Assembly: GCA_963667415.1 (NCBI GenBank)
Contig: OY763410.1
Coordinates: 779,209-843,208 of the forward strand
DNA length: 64,000 nt
Origin: Dehalococcoidia bacterium
GTDB lineage: Bacteria > Chloroflexota > Dehalococcoidia > Lucifugimonadales > UBA3495
Reading direction: 5' to 3'
How positions within the stretch are numbered: position 1 is the stretch's first letter; the number at the start of each line of letters is the position of its first letter. Made by a program: the position numbers and the translations under genes. The notes beneath the pieces were generated by a model. The model saw only the letters and a list, made by a program, of their open reading frames with translations. It had not been told where the DNA came from and did no database searches. Positions 1 through 10,417 of the stretch are shown here, piece after piece.

Positions 1-159
1 CACCATTACTCCGCCCCAATGGCCCATATCTCGGCACCCTTGACCCTATCTCACTCACGCCCGTCACCAACCCTCCCTAAGACACTGAAAGTTAACCCTG
101 CGGCTCCGCGAATTTACCCCATGTTTCGGCGCATTTCACTTTGTTTTGGGTTAGGTAGT

Positions 160-630
160 TCAATCCGAATTAAGTTCTATGGATATTTCTACAACCACCT
201 GAGGCGACTGCTGATTACGTTCGACATTGACCACGGAAGCGCTGGTGGTCGCGCCGGCGTCCATCCTTGGGGCCAGCAAGCGTGCTTGGGTGCGCGGAAT
301 GAAGCCCAGTAGCTCTCCCCCCGTGCGCACCTCAACAGCATTCGGGTCGTATTGGTTCTCGTAGTCTCTGACCAATCTCACTTCATCTCCGTTGAAGATT
401 CCCGCTAGGAGGGCCATGCGGTTCTCATAGCGAAGGCCAGCCACAGGGCTGCTGAACTGACTTGTCCCCTCTCGAAGAGACGCTGTGAGCGAACGATCAC
501 TTGGAACAAGCGCTGCGGCACGCCTGCTAAGAACCTCTGACTCGTGTGCGGTCGCCCCAAATCGGTAAGTGAAGTCCTCCTCCGTTAGATATGAAAACCA
601 GTTAACGAAAGCGCTATAAGGTGGCCTCAC
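160..630 (-). CDS. Standalone HIRAN-domain protein, third gene of the hamAB-like operon
   Basis: 156-aa ORF with a GTG start 6 nt after the helicase stop and GAGG just upstream. The C-terminal ~95 aa follow the HIRAN pattern (VAGLRYENR...EVRLVRDYENQYDPNAVEV...GELLGFIPRTQARLLAPRMD). The N-terminal ~60 aa have no recognisable domain. Confidence 0.65.
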   Translation of the reverse strand: MRPPYSAFVNWFSYLTEEDFTYRFGATAHESEVLSRRAAALVPSDRSLTASLREGTSQFSSPVAGLRYENRMALLAGIFNGDEVRLVRDYENQYDPNAVEVRTGGELLGFIPRTQARLLAPRMDAGATTSASVVNVERNQQSPQVVVEISIELNSD

Positions 631-636
631 TTCGCC

Positions 637-3600
637 TCAGTCGGATACGAAGCCCGAAGCGAGAGAAGCGGAAAGCTCTCTTGATGGACATCCCAAAGTC
701 ATTGCCCAAGACGCGATTGGGGTTTGAATTCCAAATCGAAACATCTTGGGCAGCCATCGAATCACCTCTGACACCTCCCGGTCATCTCCCAGAACATGTT
801 GGGCGATTGCCACATATGCTCCTATACCCCACGGTAGCTTGTATCCAAACAGGTCGGAGACAAAGATGTTGAATTTCCGTGGATCGGCTCCCTCGGCCAA
901 GTGGCGGTCCACGATTTCAGGCATTGCCACTTGCCGAAGCCAATCTGTGGCAAGTTCAACCAGGTCTCCCGAGAAGTCATAGCCGGTTTCCATCGGCTGG
1001 AGATCGACGATATCGGGAACCAGAAGAGCGATAATATCATCGATCGGAGTTTCCTCTCCGAAGATCACCTCAGCTACCAAATTAGTCTGCGCGGCAATAC
1101 GGTTCTGTAGCGTAAGACAACTTCGAACATCCAGGCCGGTTCGGGCGAACACCTTCCTAGTTTCTTCCTCGGCCACTTCGTCCCTAATGGCTTCAATCGT
1201 TTCTGTGCCCATAGTGTGCAACGGCTCAACCCCCAGACCTTCGCGCCGCGCCTGGATTTGCACAAAGGATTCCCCGAGTAATTCTTGGAAAAGCGTGTCC
1301 GCGGTTGTACCTACTGACTCTTCGACCATCAACGTAATCAACTCCGGATCTAGTAAGCGCCGGAAACGGTCGCTCTGCAAACGTTGATTACTAAGTTCCT
1401 CGAGTACCGAGAACAGCTGCCCCTTGATTGGGGGAATATCTCGGTTCAACAACAGTTCATACTGTCTAGCTTGATAGTCGTCTTTAGCGGCGAGAATGAC
1501 GTGCCCTTCGGTTTCCCGAGTTGCACGACCTGCCCTCCCAATCATGTTCCAGAGCTCACGAGGATTGATCTCCACCATGCCGCTTGTGCCATCACCATCC
1601 TCCTCGGAGTACCGGCTAATGGAGTGAACGATAACCGTTTTTACAGGTAAATTGACCCCTTGTGCCAGCGTAGTTGTGGCTACAACAACCGGCAGCAATC
1701 CATTCCTGCAATCGGTTTCGATCGCCTTTCGCACTGCCTCCGGAAGCCCGGCGTGGTGCACACCTATCCCATCTGAGAGAAGAGACGTTACCGGAGATTC
1801 GGCACCGAGCCACAGGGAAGCCATCTCAATCGCCGCCGTAGCCGGCCGATTCCGTGTCACGCCGAATGGTTGGGGGATCTCGGCGCCGTCCGTTTGCCTG
1901 CGAAGCTGCAATCCGCGCTGAACCGTTCTCGCTACCGATTCTGCGTTCCCTCGACTAGTAGCGAAAATTAGAACCGGACCCTGGTTTGCAAAGTTTATAG
2001 CGAGTTCTGCGACAATTTCACCCTTGGTTCTCTTGGGAAATTCCACCCGTTTCTCGCGGCGAAGCTTGGCTGTGTAGTCAACGTATTCATGCGATGCGGC
2101 CGCCCCAACTACGAAAGGGTCAGGAGCCCCGGGTACGGGATCTTCCAGCGGATATGTAATTCGGTCCCTCTGGCCACTATAGATACCAATCAATTGACGG
2201 GCTGGACGCCATTCAGATTCGATCAGGGCTTGACGGCTCGAACACAACCATTCCGCGAAGTCTTCTGCATTGCTTTGCGATATTACCGCCGAAACAAACA
2301 AGACCTTGGCGTCAGGTAAAATCCGCTTCAGCAATTTCGTGAGCAACAGCTCGCAGCTCACTCCCCGATCCCGGTCCTCGATCACATGACCTTCGTCCAA
2401 AATGACGAGCCCGACGCCTCCTAGTAATTCAGGACTGATCCTAGTAAGGAGCGTCAGTTTCTCAGGGGTAGTTACTATAAGGTCGGCGCTGCCGATTATT
2501 TGAGCTTCCAGTTCATCCACTTCGAATCCACCCAGCACGCTGGAAACTCGCAAGCCTAGGTCGGCTAGGATCGGAGCAAGCGACTCCTCTACCTCGTCGG
2601 CCAGAGACCGAAAAGGCGCGACATAGATGGCTTTCCCTTCGCTGTCCGCAAGTAAGGCATTTACTATGGCCAGTTCAGCGATCCGGGTCTTGCCTGCGCT
2701 CGTGGGCATCCGAACCGAGAATCCAGACGGTGCTTCCAAAAGCCCGGACGACAGCGCCTTGCGCTGGGACTCCCAAAGCTCAATCCGACTAACGGCGTTC
2801 AGCATGTTGGGGGCCGTACCGCGGCCGGAAAGCATCGCGTATCGCTGCCAAGCAGGTTCAGAGCGGACCCGTTCAGGGATTAGCCGCCAAATGCTGTTCT
2901 CTATAATCAGGCCGCCAACACCCTGAAGGGTCCTAATTTGGAGCAATTCCAACGCCCGTCCCGCCGCTATCAACAGGTTCGCTAAATCTTCAGATGCCCG
3001 TCTAAATGTAGGCTCGGCGGCAGGCCCCTGCAATGCAGTCGAAGCCAACGACCCATACATCTCTCCAGCCAGCATCACCGCTGCCAAGTCGACGAGACGT
3101 TCTGCAGAGTCGTCCCGATCTGCGTAGGCGATCCAAGTGTCCTCCAAGCGGCTTCGATTCCGTACGATTTGCTCTGATTCTACTCTGAGGCGTAGCAGCT
3201 GCCTGCGCAGAGCAAGAACCGTCCATCGGTCGAGAATATCTCCAAGACGAGGTGTGTCATCCAAATTTGGCATCGGTTTCAGAGGAAGAGTACGAGCTAT
3301 GCATAGCGAGTTTGCCTCGTATCCGGCCAGTTGATACAACCCCGCCGCTATAATTCTCGTAGATTCAGGTTTAGGTTCTTCTGGTAAATCAGCTAGGTAT
3401 TCCATCACCTCGGCCACTCTAAGCAGTAAACTGTCCAGCTCCCGTAGCTCTCCTGGATCGGCGTCAAAGATCAACAACGCGGTACGGAGAGCTGACGTTG
3501 CCACTTGCTTGAGGCGGGACGAAAAGTAGTTGTAGTCAGTACGTGCGGCTACCTCAGGAGCGACCGAGTCGAGCAAGTGCTTGGATCGAACTTGGGCCCA

Positions 3601-3681
3601 ATTGTTGGTAAAGTTCGTATCCTGCAGAGAGGAACGTAGCCGCTCCACCGCCGGTATGAGCACTTCTTTGCTGCTAACCAT
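637..3681 (-). CDS. hamB: Superfamily-2 DExH helicase, HamB-like (Hachiman helicase subunit)
   Basis: 1014 aa. Helicase motifs I MPTSAGKT, Ib TTPEKL, II ILDEGH, III VSAV, V VATTTLAQGVNLP, VI MIGRAGRA. Has ~320-aa N-terminal and ~300-aa C-terminal extensions. Its start overlaps the stop of the upstream DUF1837-like gene. Confidence 0.7.
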   Translation of the reverse strand: MVSSKEVLIPAVERLRSSLQDTNFTNNWAQVRSKHLLDSVAPEVAARTDYNYFSSRLKQVATSALRTALLIFDADPGELRELDSLLLRVAEVMEYLADLPEEPKPESTRIIAAGLYQLAGYEANSLCIARTLPLKPMPNLDDTPRLGDILDRWTVLALRRQLLRLRVESEQIVRNRSRLEDTWIAYADRDDSAERLVDLAAVMLAGEMYGSLASTALQGPAAEPTFRRASEDLANLLIAAGRALELLQIRTLQGVGGLIIENSIWRLIPERVRSEPAWQRYAMLSGRGTAPNMLNAVSRIELWESQRKALSSGLLEAPSGFSVRMPTSAGKTRIAELAIVNALLADSEGKAIYVAPFRSLADEVEESLAPILADLGLRVSSVLGGFEVDELEAQIIGSADLIVTTPEKLTLLTRISPELLGGVGLVILDEGHVIEDRDRGVSCELLLTKLLKRILPDAKVLFVSAVISQSNAEDFAEWLCSSRQALIESEWRPARQLIGIYSGQRDRITYPLEDPVPGAPDPFVVGAAASHEYVDYTAKLRREKRVEFPKRTKGEIVAELAINFANQGPVLIFATSRGNAESVARTVQRGLQLRRQTDGAEIPQPFGVTRNRPATAAIEMASLWLGAESPVTSLLSDGIGVHHAGLPEAVRKAIETDCRNGLLPVVVATTTLAQGVNLPVKTVIVHSISRYSEEDGDGTSGMVEINPRELWNMIGRAGRATRETEGHVILAAKDDYQARQYELLLNRDIPPIKGQLFSVLEELSNQRLQSDRFRRLLDPELITLMVEESVGTTADTLFQELLGESFVQIQARREGLGVEPLHTMGTETIEAIRDEVAEEETRKVFARTGLDVRSCLTLQNRIAAQTNLVAEVIFGEETPIDDIIALLVPDIVDLQPMETGYDFSGDLVELATDWLRQVAMPEIVDRHLAEGADPRKFNIFVSDLFGYKLPWGIGAYVAIAQHVLGDDREVSEVIRWLPKMFRFGIQTPIASWAMTLGCPSRELSASLASGFVSD

Positions 3682-4444
3682 CTGTGCTGATCCGATGCGC
3701 TTCGACGTACGCGTCAGTTATGACATTTCTGAGACTACCGCGAGTCAAAAGGTAACACTTGAAGTCGTCGACCAGACGAACTTCTTCGGATTCTAGACCA
3801 TCCTGTAGGGTGTTGAGAACGGATTCTCTCCAACAATCCTCATCGAAGACGAGAACCAGCCGCAATGCCCGGGGTACCGGTGGCATACGTTGCATCGCAT
3901 CGTCTAGTTGAGAATATGCCTTGGGATCTAGGGTGTCTAGCAACCGGTCCAGCGTGAAGAAGAGAATCTGGGGCTCCTCGCCCTCGATATCTCGATAAAT
4001 CTGCCGGTATGCATCTTTCCCCAACGAGCCTCTTGGAGGCGTCGTTCCTGCTTTGGCCTCGCCAAATACAAAGCCAACAATCCGGTCCCCGTCAATTCGA
4101 ACGCAGAATTCATCGGTAAGTTTCATGGGCCAGTCTCGTGACTCCCTGTACCGAAGTTTCTCAATGGGCCTTGCCAGCCGTTCTTCAGTCTGGAGGAGGT
4201 GTCCGGCGACGACTTCACCAAAGTCACCTATCCGAACATTTTCGGATGACCCCACGTGGGCCTCGAAATAGTCAGCAGCCGCGGTAAGACCGGCCCGCTG
4301 CAAGATTCCCTTCAAATGCGTCACATTCGCAAGACCGCTCAACAAAAAAGGGCCTACGGCGTTTTCGAGAGTCGGGGACTCCACCAGGACTCCCCGTTGA
4401 AGCTCGAATGCGAAACTATCGTCCGCTTCCAGTTCGTACCACAT
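3674..4444 (-). CDS. hamA: DUF1837-like putative PD-(D/E)xK effector, HamA-like
   Basis: 256 aa. Motif layout IGDFGEVVAGHLL ... KLRYRES..PMKLTDEF ... IVGFVFGEAKAG (D...ExK-like). Sits immediately upstream of the SF2 helicase and is translationally coupled to it (ATGGTTAG, 8-nt overlap). Confidence 0.55.
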   Translation of the reverse strand: MWYELEADDSFAFELQRGVLVESPTLENAVGPFLLSGLANVTHLKGILQRAGLTAAADYFEAHVGSSENVRIGDFGEVVAGHLLQTEERLARPIEKLRYRESRDWPMKLTDEFCVRIDGDRIVGFVFGEAKAGTTPPRGSLGKDAYRQIYRDIEGEEPQILFFTLDRLLDTLDPKAYSQLDDAMQRMPPVPRALRLVLVFDEDCWRESVLNTLQDGLESEEVRLVDDFKCYLLTRGSLRNVITDAYVEAHRISTDG

Positions 4445-4786
4445 ACCATTTCCTTACTGGGGCCCTCAATGCTTGGAGTGAAACAATTGACCCGGAATCT
4501 CCGCTCACCAATTGCTCAGGCGACAGAGGCTTCTAATTTTCTCATACTTGAGGCATTTGCAGGCTGGCACCGAACAAACCAGGTTAAATTCCTGAGGATA
4601 CCCTAAACAAGTTCGTTTCGGTGTAGCAAATCAACGCTGGCGGATCCTGGTTCCGATGGAAACCTTGAAGTTGCTGGACCAGCCAGACTTTTCTGGATGT
4701 AGAATACCCGAGCAGGAAATGGAAGACCCGCAGGAAACTGTTCTTGGAGCGGATCGCGTCGATTCCGGTAGCAACTGTCTTTAATG

Positions 4787-5534
<748 letters not shown>

Positions 5535-5582
5535 CGCCGCAGCAGCGAAAGCCGCCTGCGGAAGGCCGAGATAGGCGTACGG

Positions 5583-6299
5583 GTGGCCAACCCCAGCCGG
5601 GTGAGAGCTTTCGCCAAGGCCTGCGGCTATGAAGCCAAAACCGATCCGCGGGATGCCCAGGTGCTCTCCCGCTATGGGCAGGTGTTTCCTGAATCTGACA
5701 CGCCGGAAACTGAGCCGGAACGGGAGGAATTGCAGGATCTGCTGCGGAGGCGCCGTCAGCTGGTCGAACAGCGAGCACAGGAAGTTAACCGGCTGGACAA
5801 AGGTGCTTCTGTCGGCGTAGCCGAATCCACCAAGCGCCACATCGCCTGGCTGGAGGCTGAGATTGCTCAGCTGGAGAAGGAATACCAAGAAGTGCTGCAG
5901 GGCAGCGCTCGCTTGACCCAGCGGGCAGCGCTGTACCGGACCGTCCCCGGTGTGGGAACGCTGACTGCGGCCACATTGGTGGCCTTTCTTCCCGAACTGG
6001 GCCGATGGGACAGCAAGGCCCTGACCTCCCTGGTGGGCTTGGCGCCCTGGTCCCGGGACAGCGGCCGCAAGCGCGGTCAGAGATCGATCCGCGGCGGAAG
6101 GGGCGTAGTCCGCAAGGCCTTGTACCTCTGCGCCTGCTCGGTAATCCAAGTCGAGGGCGAGTTGCGCCTTTTCTACCAGAACCTGCGCCAGCGCGGGAAA
6201 CCCGGCAATGTGGCCTTGGTGGCAGTGATGCGCAAGCTGCTGTTGCAGTTGAATGCTCTGGCTCGCCGGGGATCGCCATGGGTGCCGTCAGCTGTATAG
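5583..6299 (+). pseudogene. IS110-family transposase, 5'-truncated (C-terminal domain only)
   Basis: The translation from VRVANPSRVRAFAKACGYEAKTDPRDAQVL through YRTVPGVGTLTAATLVAFLPELG...LAPWSRDSG...AVMRKLLLQLNALAR aligns with the minus-strand copy, by eye at roughly 40 percent identity. The first ~75 codons of the tracked ORF are antisense to the other copy. The DEDD domain is missing. Confidence 0.75.
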
Positions 6300-6463
6300 A
6301 CGAATCTCGTTGGCAATTCGCCAAAAAACTTGACGTCCGACCACGGATACTGTTCGGGCTCTGCTTGTAGGGAGCGCGGCGGCCCTCCCTACCGGACGGT
6401 CTGTCGTGACCCAGGGGGTACCGGTCTGCCGCGCTCGGCTCCATCGCCAAAGTCAAGATACAA

Positions 6464-6485
6464 GGGGGCAGAATCGTACGCTAAG
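6464..6485 (+). repeat. Left terminal inverted repeat of the Tn3-derived element
   Basis: gggggcagaatcgtacgctaag, read directly from the sequence. Confidence 0.6.
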
Positions 6486-6714
6486 GGATATGAAGCCGGT
6501 TGAGTGTGCAATAGACGGTCGGTCTCGAGACGGGGAGGAGACCGGCGAGATTGCTGATTGAATACTCGCCTACGGCATGCATTCGGCAGAGTTCCCGCCG
6601 CTGTTCGTCGGACAATTGGGCTGCTTGGCGCGCAATTTCTCCCTGGCGCAGGCATCTGGGACGAATCTTGCCAGCCGGTCGAGTTTCGGCACGACCGGCG
6701 TGTCCCCTTTGCAC
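6481..6714 (-). pseudogene. Serine-recombinase (resolvase) C-terminal HTH stub
   Basis: LSDEQRRELCRMHAVGEYSISNLAGLLPVSRPTVYCTLNR resembles the C-terminal HTH of resolvases. No catalytic N-terminal domain. The stop abuts the left IR. Confidence 0.45.
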
Positions 6715-6925
6715 ACGGTGGCGAGGGCCAGCACTACCGCACGGCAGGGCTCGACCTACTCGCCACCATTCTCATACACTGGAATCCGGCCATCTCGGCG
6801 AAGCGGTCAGACAGAGGAAACACGCGGGGCTGACAGTAGATCCCAAGCTCTTAGCCCATATCTTACCCCTTTGGTGGGCCCACATCCTGCTCACCCGTGA
6901 ATACCGGTGCCCAAAGCGTCGATAG
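6690..6925 (+). pseudogene. tnpA: Tn3-family transposase TnpA C-terminal stub, frameshifted
   Basis: Two frames together give FAHGGEGQHYRTAGLDLLATILIHWN / GHLGEAVRQRKHAGLTVDPKLLAHILPLWWAHILLTREY, matching the conserved extreme C-terminus of Tn3-family TnpA (..WNT..L..A.........LL.H.SPLGWEHI.LTGEY). Confidence 0.6.
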
Positions 6926-6929
6926 CGAC

Positions 6930-6950
6930 CTTAGCGTACGATCCTGCCCC
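6930..6950 (-). repeat. Right terminal inverted repeat of the Tn3-derived element
   Basis: cttagcgtacgatcctgcccc is the reverse complement of the left IR with one mismatch. It starts 5 nt after the TnpA-stub stop. Confidence 0.6.
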
Positions 6951-7674
6951 TACCGGATTCGACCCCCACGTGGTCCAGATACAGCCGGTCTGCTTGACAA
7001 AGACCCCTCTGCTCCGAACGCTCTCCCAGCATTCTCAGCCCTCGTCATGCTTGTTGCTATACCCGCCAGCCCGGCCACCGCCTCCTTCCGGCCAGATTTC
7101 TAGCTAAGAGAGAGTACAACCGCGATTCTGCCGAGACGGAGAGCGCTGCAGGGAGTCGGCTTGTCTTCAATGCGCTTTCAACTCATAGTAAGAGGATCTG
7201 AAGACGAGAAAGGCAGACAAGACGCATGGTCCACGGCATTAATCGCATGCCGTATCGGATAAACTTGCGATTGAGCGGTCTTGCAGGGCTTGACCATACT
7301 GCTACCATCTCGTTGGGGCTGCCCTTTGAGCCCGAAGACTCCCAATATGGGAGATCTTTGGTACTATGCCCCGAAACATCCTACGGCGAGTACAGCGATA
7401 CACTGTGTGTGGCACACGGGGAACCGACTCCGGTTCAGAGCGTTTTTGCAGTTGCGCGTGGATAACCAGCTAATCGCGGGGAACTGAAGGTGCAGATGGT
7501 CCAGTGAACTGACCCACTCGTGCTTTAGCAATGAACTACTCGGCTATCTCTTCAGACCAATTCATTACGCGCACTCTCCAAGGTTGATTACACAGGCCTG
7601 CTGCGATTTATGACGCCCCATGAACGCGGAACCGTAATTTTCTGCCGGTAAATTCACTTTCTGCAGGACTGTTA

Positions 7675-9249
7675 ATGCGACTCCTCCCTTCTCGTCTGGA
7701 AATACGAGACCTCCCTTCCCATCTGGACAGGATTCGTACGGAATGCCTAGCAGGACTCACCGTCTCGCTAGCGCTCGTCCCGGAGGCGGTAGCATTCGCT
7801 TTCGTAGCCGGAGTTGATCCTCTGGTCGGCCTGTATGCTGCGTTCATCGTCGGGCTCATCACATCCCTGACCGGCGGACGGCCCGGGATGATCTCCGGGG
7901 CGACGGGAGCCCTCGCCGTGGTAATGGTCTCGCTGGTAAGCAACCACGGGGTCGAATACCTGTTCATCACTGTGGTCCTGATGGGGTTGATCCAGATTGC
8001 GGTGGGTGTGCTGAAACTTGGGAATTTGATCCGCATGGTGCCGTTTCCGGTGATGCTCGGCTTCGTAAATGGGCTGGCCATCGTCATTTTCCTGTCGCAG
8101 TTGGAGAGTTTCAAAACAGAAGGCGCCCACGGGACCGAGACGTGGCTGCCTCTGTTTGATATGGGGATTATGCTGGGCTTGGTGGCCCTGACGATGGCGG
8201 TGATTTACATAGTGCCGCGGTTCACCAAACGGATTCCTGCTGCGCTGGCAGGGATACTTGTGGTCTCGGTGATAGTTATCTTCGCGGGCATCAACACTAC
8301 GACAGTGGGGGACGTTTCCAGTATCGCGGGAGGGTTCCCGACATTCGGGGTTCCGGATGTGCCATTCAACTTTGAAACCTTACGGATCATCGTGCCGTAC
8401 GCGTTCATCTTGGCCGGAATAGGGCTGATCGAATCACTGCTCACACTTACGTTGATTGATGGATTGACGGAGACGAGAGGTCAGAAGAATCGTGAGTGCG
8501 TGTCGCAAGGTGCAGCGAATGTCGTGACGGGGTTCTTTGGCGGGATGGGTGGTTGCGCAATGATCGGCCAGAGCATGATCAATATAAGGGCCGGGTCAAG
8601 GTGGCGGCTGGCGGGCATCCTGTCTTCTCTACTCTTGCTGCTGTTTATCGTACTTGCATCATCATTGATTGAACGGATTCCGATCGCTTCTCTCGTAGGG
8701 GTGATGTTCGTAGTGGTGATCGGTACCTTCTCGTGGACCAGCCTGAGAATTATCCGCAAAGTGCCTGTTACAGACGTGGTGGTGATGATCCTCGTATCGG
8801 CGGTTACAGTGGTAACTAATCTGGCGGTCGCGGTGGTCGTCGGCGTGATCGTGTCGGCCTTGGTGTTTGCTTGGAAGACTGCGCTGCACCTCTCCCTTGT
8901 TGCGAGCGAGGGGAGCACCGTCACCCGGCGGATCTATTCGCTCAACGGGCAACTATGTTTCGCTTCCGTGACTTCATTTAGAGACTTGTTCAGACCGGCG
9001 CTCGACCCTCCGGAGATAGTAATTGACTTTCAAAATGCACGTGTGTGGGACCATTCGGCCATAGAGGCAATTGTGGAACTCTCGAGGCGCTACGACAGTT
9101 CAGGGAAACGCCTATATCTCCTGAACTTAAGCCAGAACTGCCGCGACATGCTCGAAAAAGCCGATGTGGTTGTGAGCCAAATCCATCTTGATGATCCAGG
9201 ATACAGGGTCACAGTTACGGAACTGGGTGGGTCTGAGGACGAATCCTGA
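7675..9249 (+). CDS. SulP-family inorganic anion transporter with C-terminal STAS domain
   Basis: 524 aa, polytopic. N-terminal SulP signature region (LAGLTVSLALVPEAVAFAFVAGVDPLVGLYAAF) and a C-terminal ~110-aa soluble STAS-like domain. Confidence 0.9.
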   Translation: MRLLPSRLEIRDLPSHLDRIRTECLAGLTVSLALVPEAVAFAFVAGVDPLVGLYAAFIVGLITSLTGGRPGMISGATGALAVVMVSLVSNHGVEYLFITVVLMGLIQIAVGVLKLGNLIRMVPFPVMLGFVNGLAIVIFLSQLESFKTEGAHGTETWLPLFDMGIMLGLVALTMAVIYIVPRFTKRIPAALAGILVVSVIVIFAGINTTTVGDVSSIAGGFPTFGVPDVPFNFETLRIIVPYAFILAGIGLIESLLTLTLIDGLTETRGQKNRECVSQGAANVVTGFFGGMGGCAMIGQSMINIRAGSRWRLAGILSSLLLLLFIVLASSLIERIPIASLVGVMFVVVIGTFSWTSLRIIRKVPVTDVVVMILVSAVTVVTNLAVAVVVGVIVSALVFAWKTALHLSLVASEGSTVTRRIYSLNGQLCFASVTSFRDLFRPALDPPEIVIDFQNARVWDHSAIEAIVELSRRYDSSGKRLYLLNLSQNCRDMLEKADVVVSQIHLDDPGYRVTVTELGGSEDES

Positions 9250-9365
9250 TCTGACCTGCTGTGAGAGTAATTTGGACTAAACTAAAGCCAGGGTGAAATG
9301 CGCACATGCGGGAGGACAAGCAGCGCTGCGGGAATCATTTTCTATGCGCGGATCAGATGGTGTCG

Positions 9366-10121
9366 CTAGCAGAACCAAGCCAATCTTTTCGCCCCCCGAA
9401 TGTACATATCATCTTGGCTTTGGTTTAGAACAGTCAACTGGGCAGGGCCACTTCCCAGGACGTAGGCGTTCACCCGGACGTCGGCGTAGCACTGCATGAG
9501 AATCGAGTTCTGGAAGTAGCCCGGCTCTTCGTAGGAAGGTATGTGTAATGGGTTGTCGCGGGTACAACGCACAGAATCCGGAATGTAGGTACCCTGGAGG
9601 ACGATGTGTGATACAGAGATCAATGAGTTGCCGTCGAGGTATTCGCGTACAGTTGACGGAGTTGTAGCTGGTGCTGGACTCGAGCTTATGGTTCCGCTCG
9701 TCCCGGACGCCGCCCTCACACCCGGTTCGCAGGGGTCTTCGGCGGAACCGACTACAGGAGTGCAGGGAGGTATGTCTTCCTCAAGGTAGTTTGCAGGTTC
9801 CGAGGAGGCCGACTCTGTTACCTCAGTCGGTGCAGCCGTGGTGGGCAGCGGCGTTTCAGTTGACGCCTGCTCCGGCATAGTTGCCGGTGGTTGGTTGACC
9901 TGCCGCCTCCGCGTAGGCGGTATGGCAGGATTGGTGGGCCCGGTTCTGGAAGCAACTGTGGGGCTTGGCGGCGGCGCGGTGGCTCCGGACACAGCTGATC
10001 CCGGGGTTGGAGGAGGCGTGATCACGTCAGCCTCTTCAGGTACCTCTTGTCCTCGGCAGCCGCTCAGCGCGATCATGAGCAGGACAATCGAGGCGACGGT
10101 TGCTAGGACGCGATTGAGCAT
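9366..10121 (-). CDS. Secreted Pro/Thr-rich lipoprotein, unknown function
   Basis: Signal peptide with lipobox (LMIALSGC), a long low-complexity P/T/S linker, and a Cys-containing C-terminal globular part. Confidence 0.5.
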   Translation of the reverse strand: MLNRVLATVASIVLLMIALSGCRGQEVPEEADVITPPPTPGSAVSGATAPPPSPTVASRTGPTNPAIPPTRRRQVNQPPATMPEQASTETPLPTTAAPTEVTESASSEPANYLEEDIPPCTPVVGSAEDPCEPGVRAASGTSGTISSSPAPATTPSTVREYLDGNSLISVSHIVLQGTYIPDSVRCTRDNPLHIPSYEEPGYFQNSILMQCYADVRVNAYVLGSGPAQLTVLNQSQDDMYIRGAKRLAWFC

Positions 10122-10417
10122 ACATTCATTTCCTCATCCGGATCGGTACTGGGCCATCGGGGCAACGACGTCGTAGGCCTGTGGGCTGCATTAGCTGCTG
10201 TCAATGAACTGTTCATCGAGCGTGACCGTCTTGCCGACAGTATGGCGAGCGAACGCATTGACTTTGCCTGTCCAGTTTTGGATTGGCCATTGGGGCCTGT
10301 GGGCATTCTATTGTCTGACCGCATCAGTCCCCACTTCCCAAGATGGATTCAACGACTCCCTTCTGATGCCTCTTCGGATCGGATATTCCATCTGTAAGGG
10401 CGTCCTAAGGTCTACAC

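Larger units (their letters stand above)
6464..6950. mobile_element. Tn3-family-derived miniature element (TIME-like) bounded by terminal inverted repeats
   Basis: GGGGCAGAATCGTACGCTAAG at 6465-6485 matches the reverse complement of 6930-6950 (GGGGCAGGATCGTACGCTAAG) at 20 of 21 positions. This is the GGGG...ACGYTAAG style of Tn3-family IRs. The interior holds only stubs of a resolvase and a TnpA. Confidence 0.6.

Noticed and set aside
7583-7597. 15-nt exact match (GTTGATTACACAGGC) between the sulP upstream region and 45340-45354 upstream of the giant adhesin-like gene. Possible shared regulatory motif.
   Set aside because: A few exact 15-mers are expected by chance in 64 kb when both strands are considered. 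There is no extended similarity around the match.
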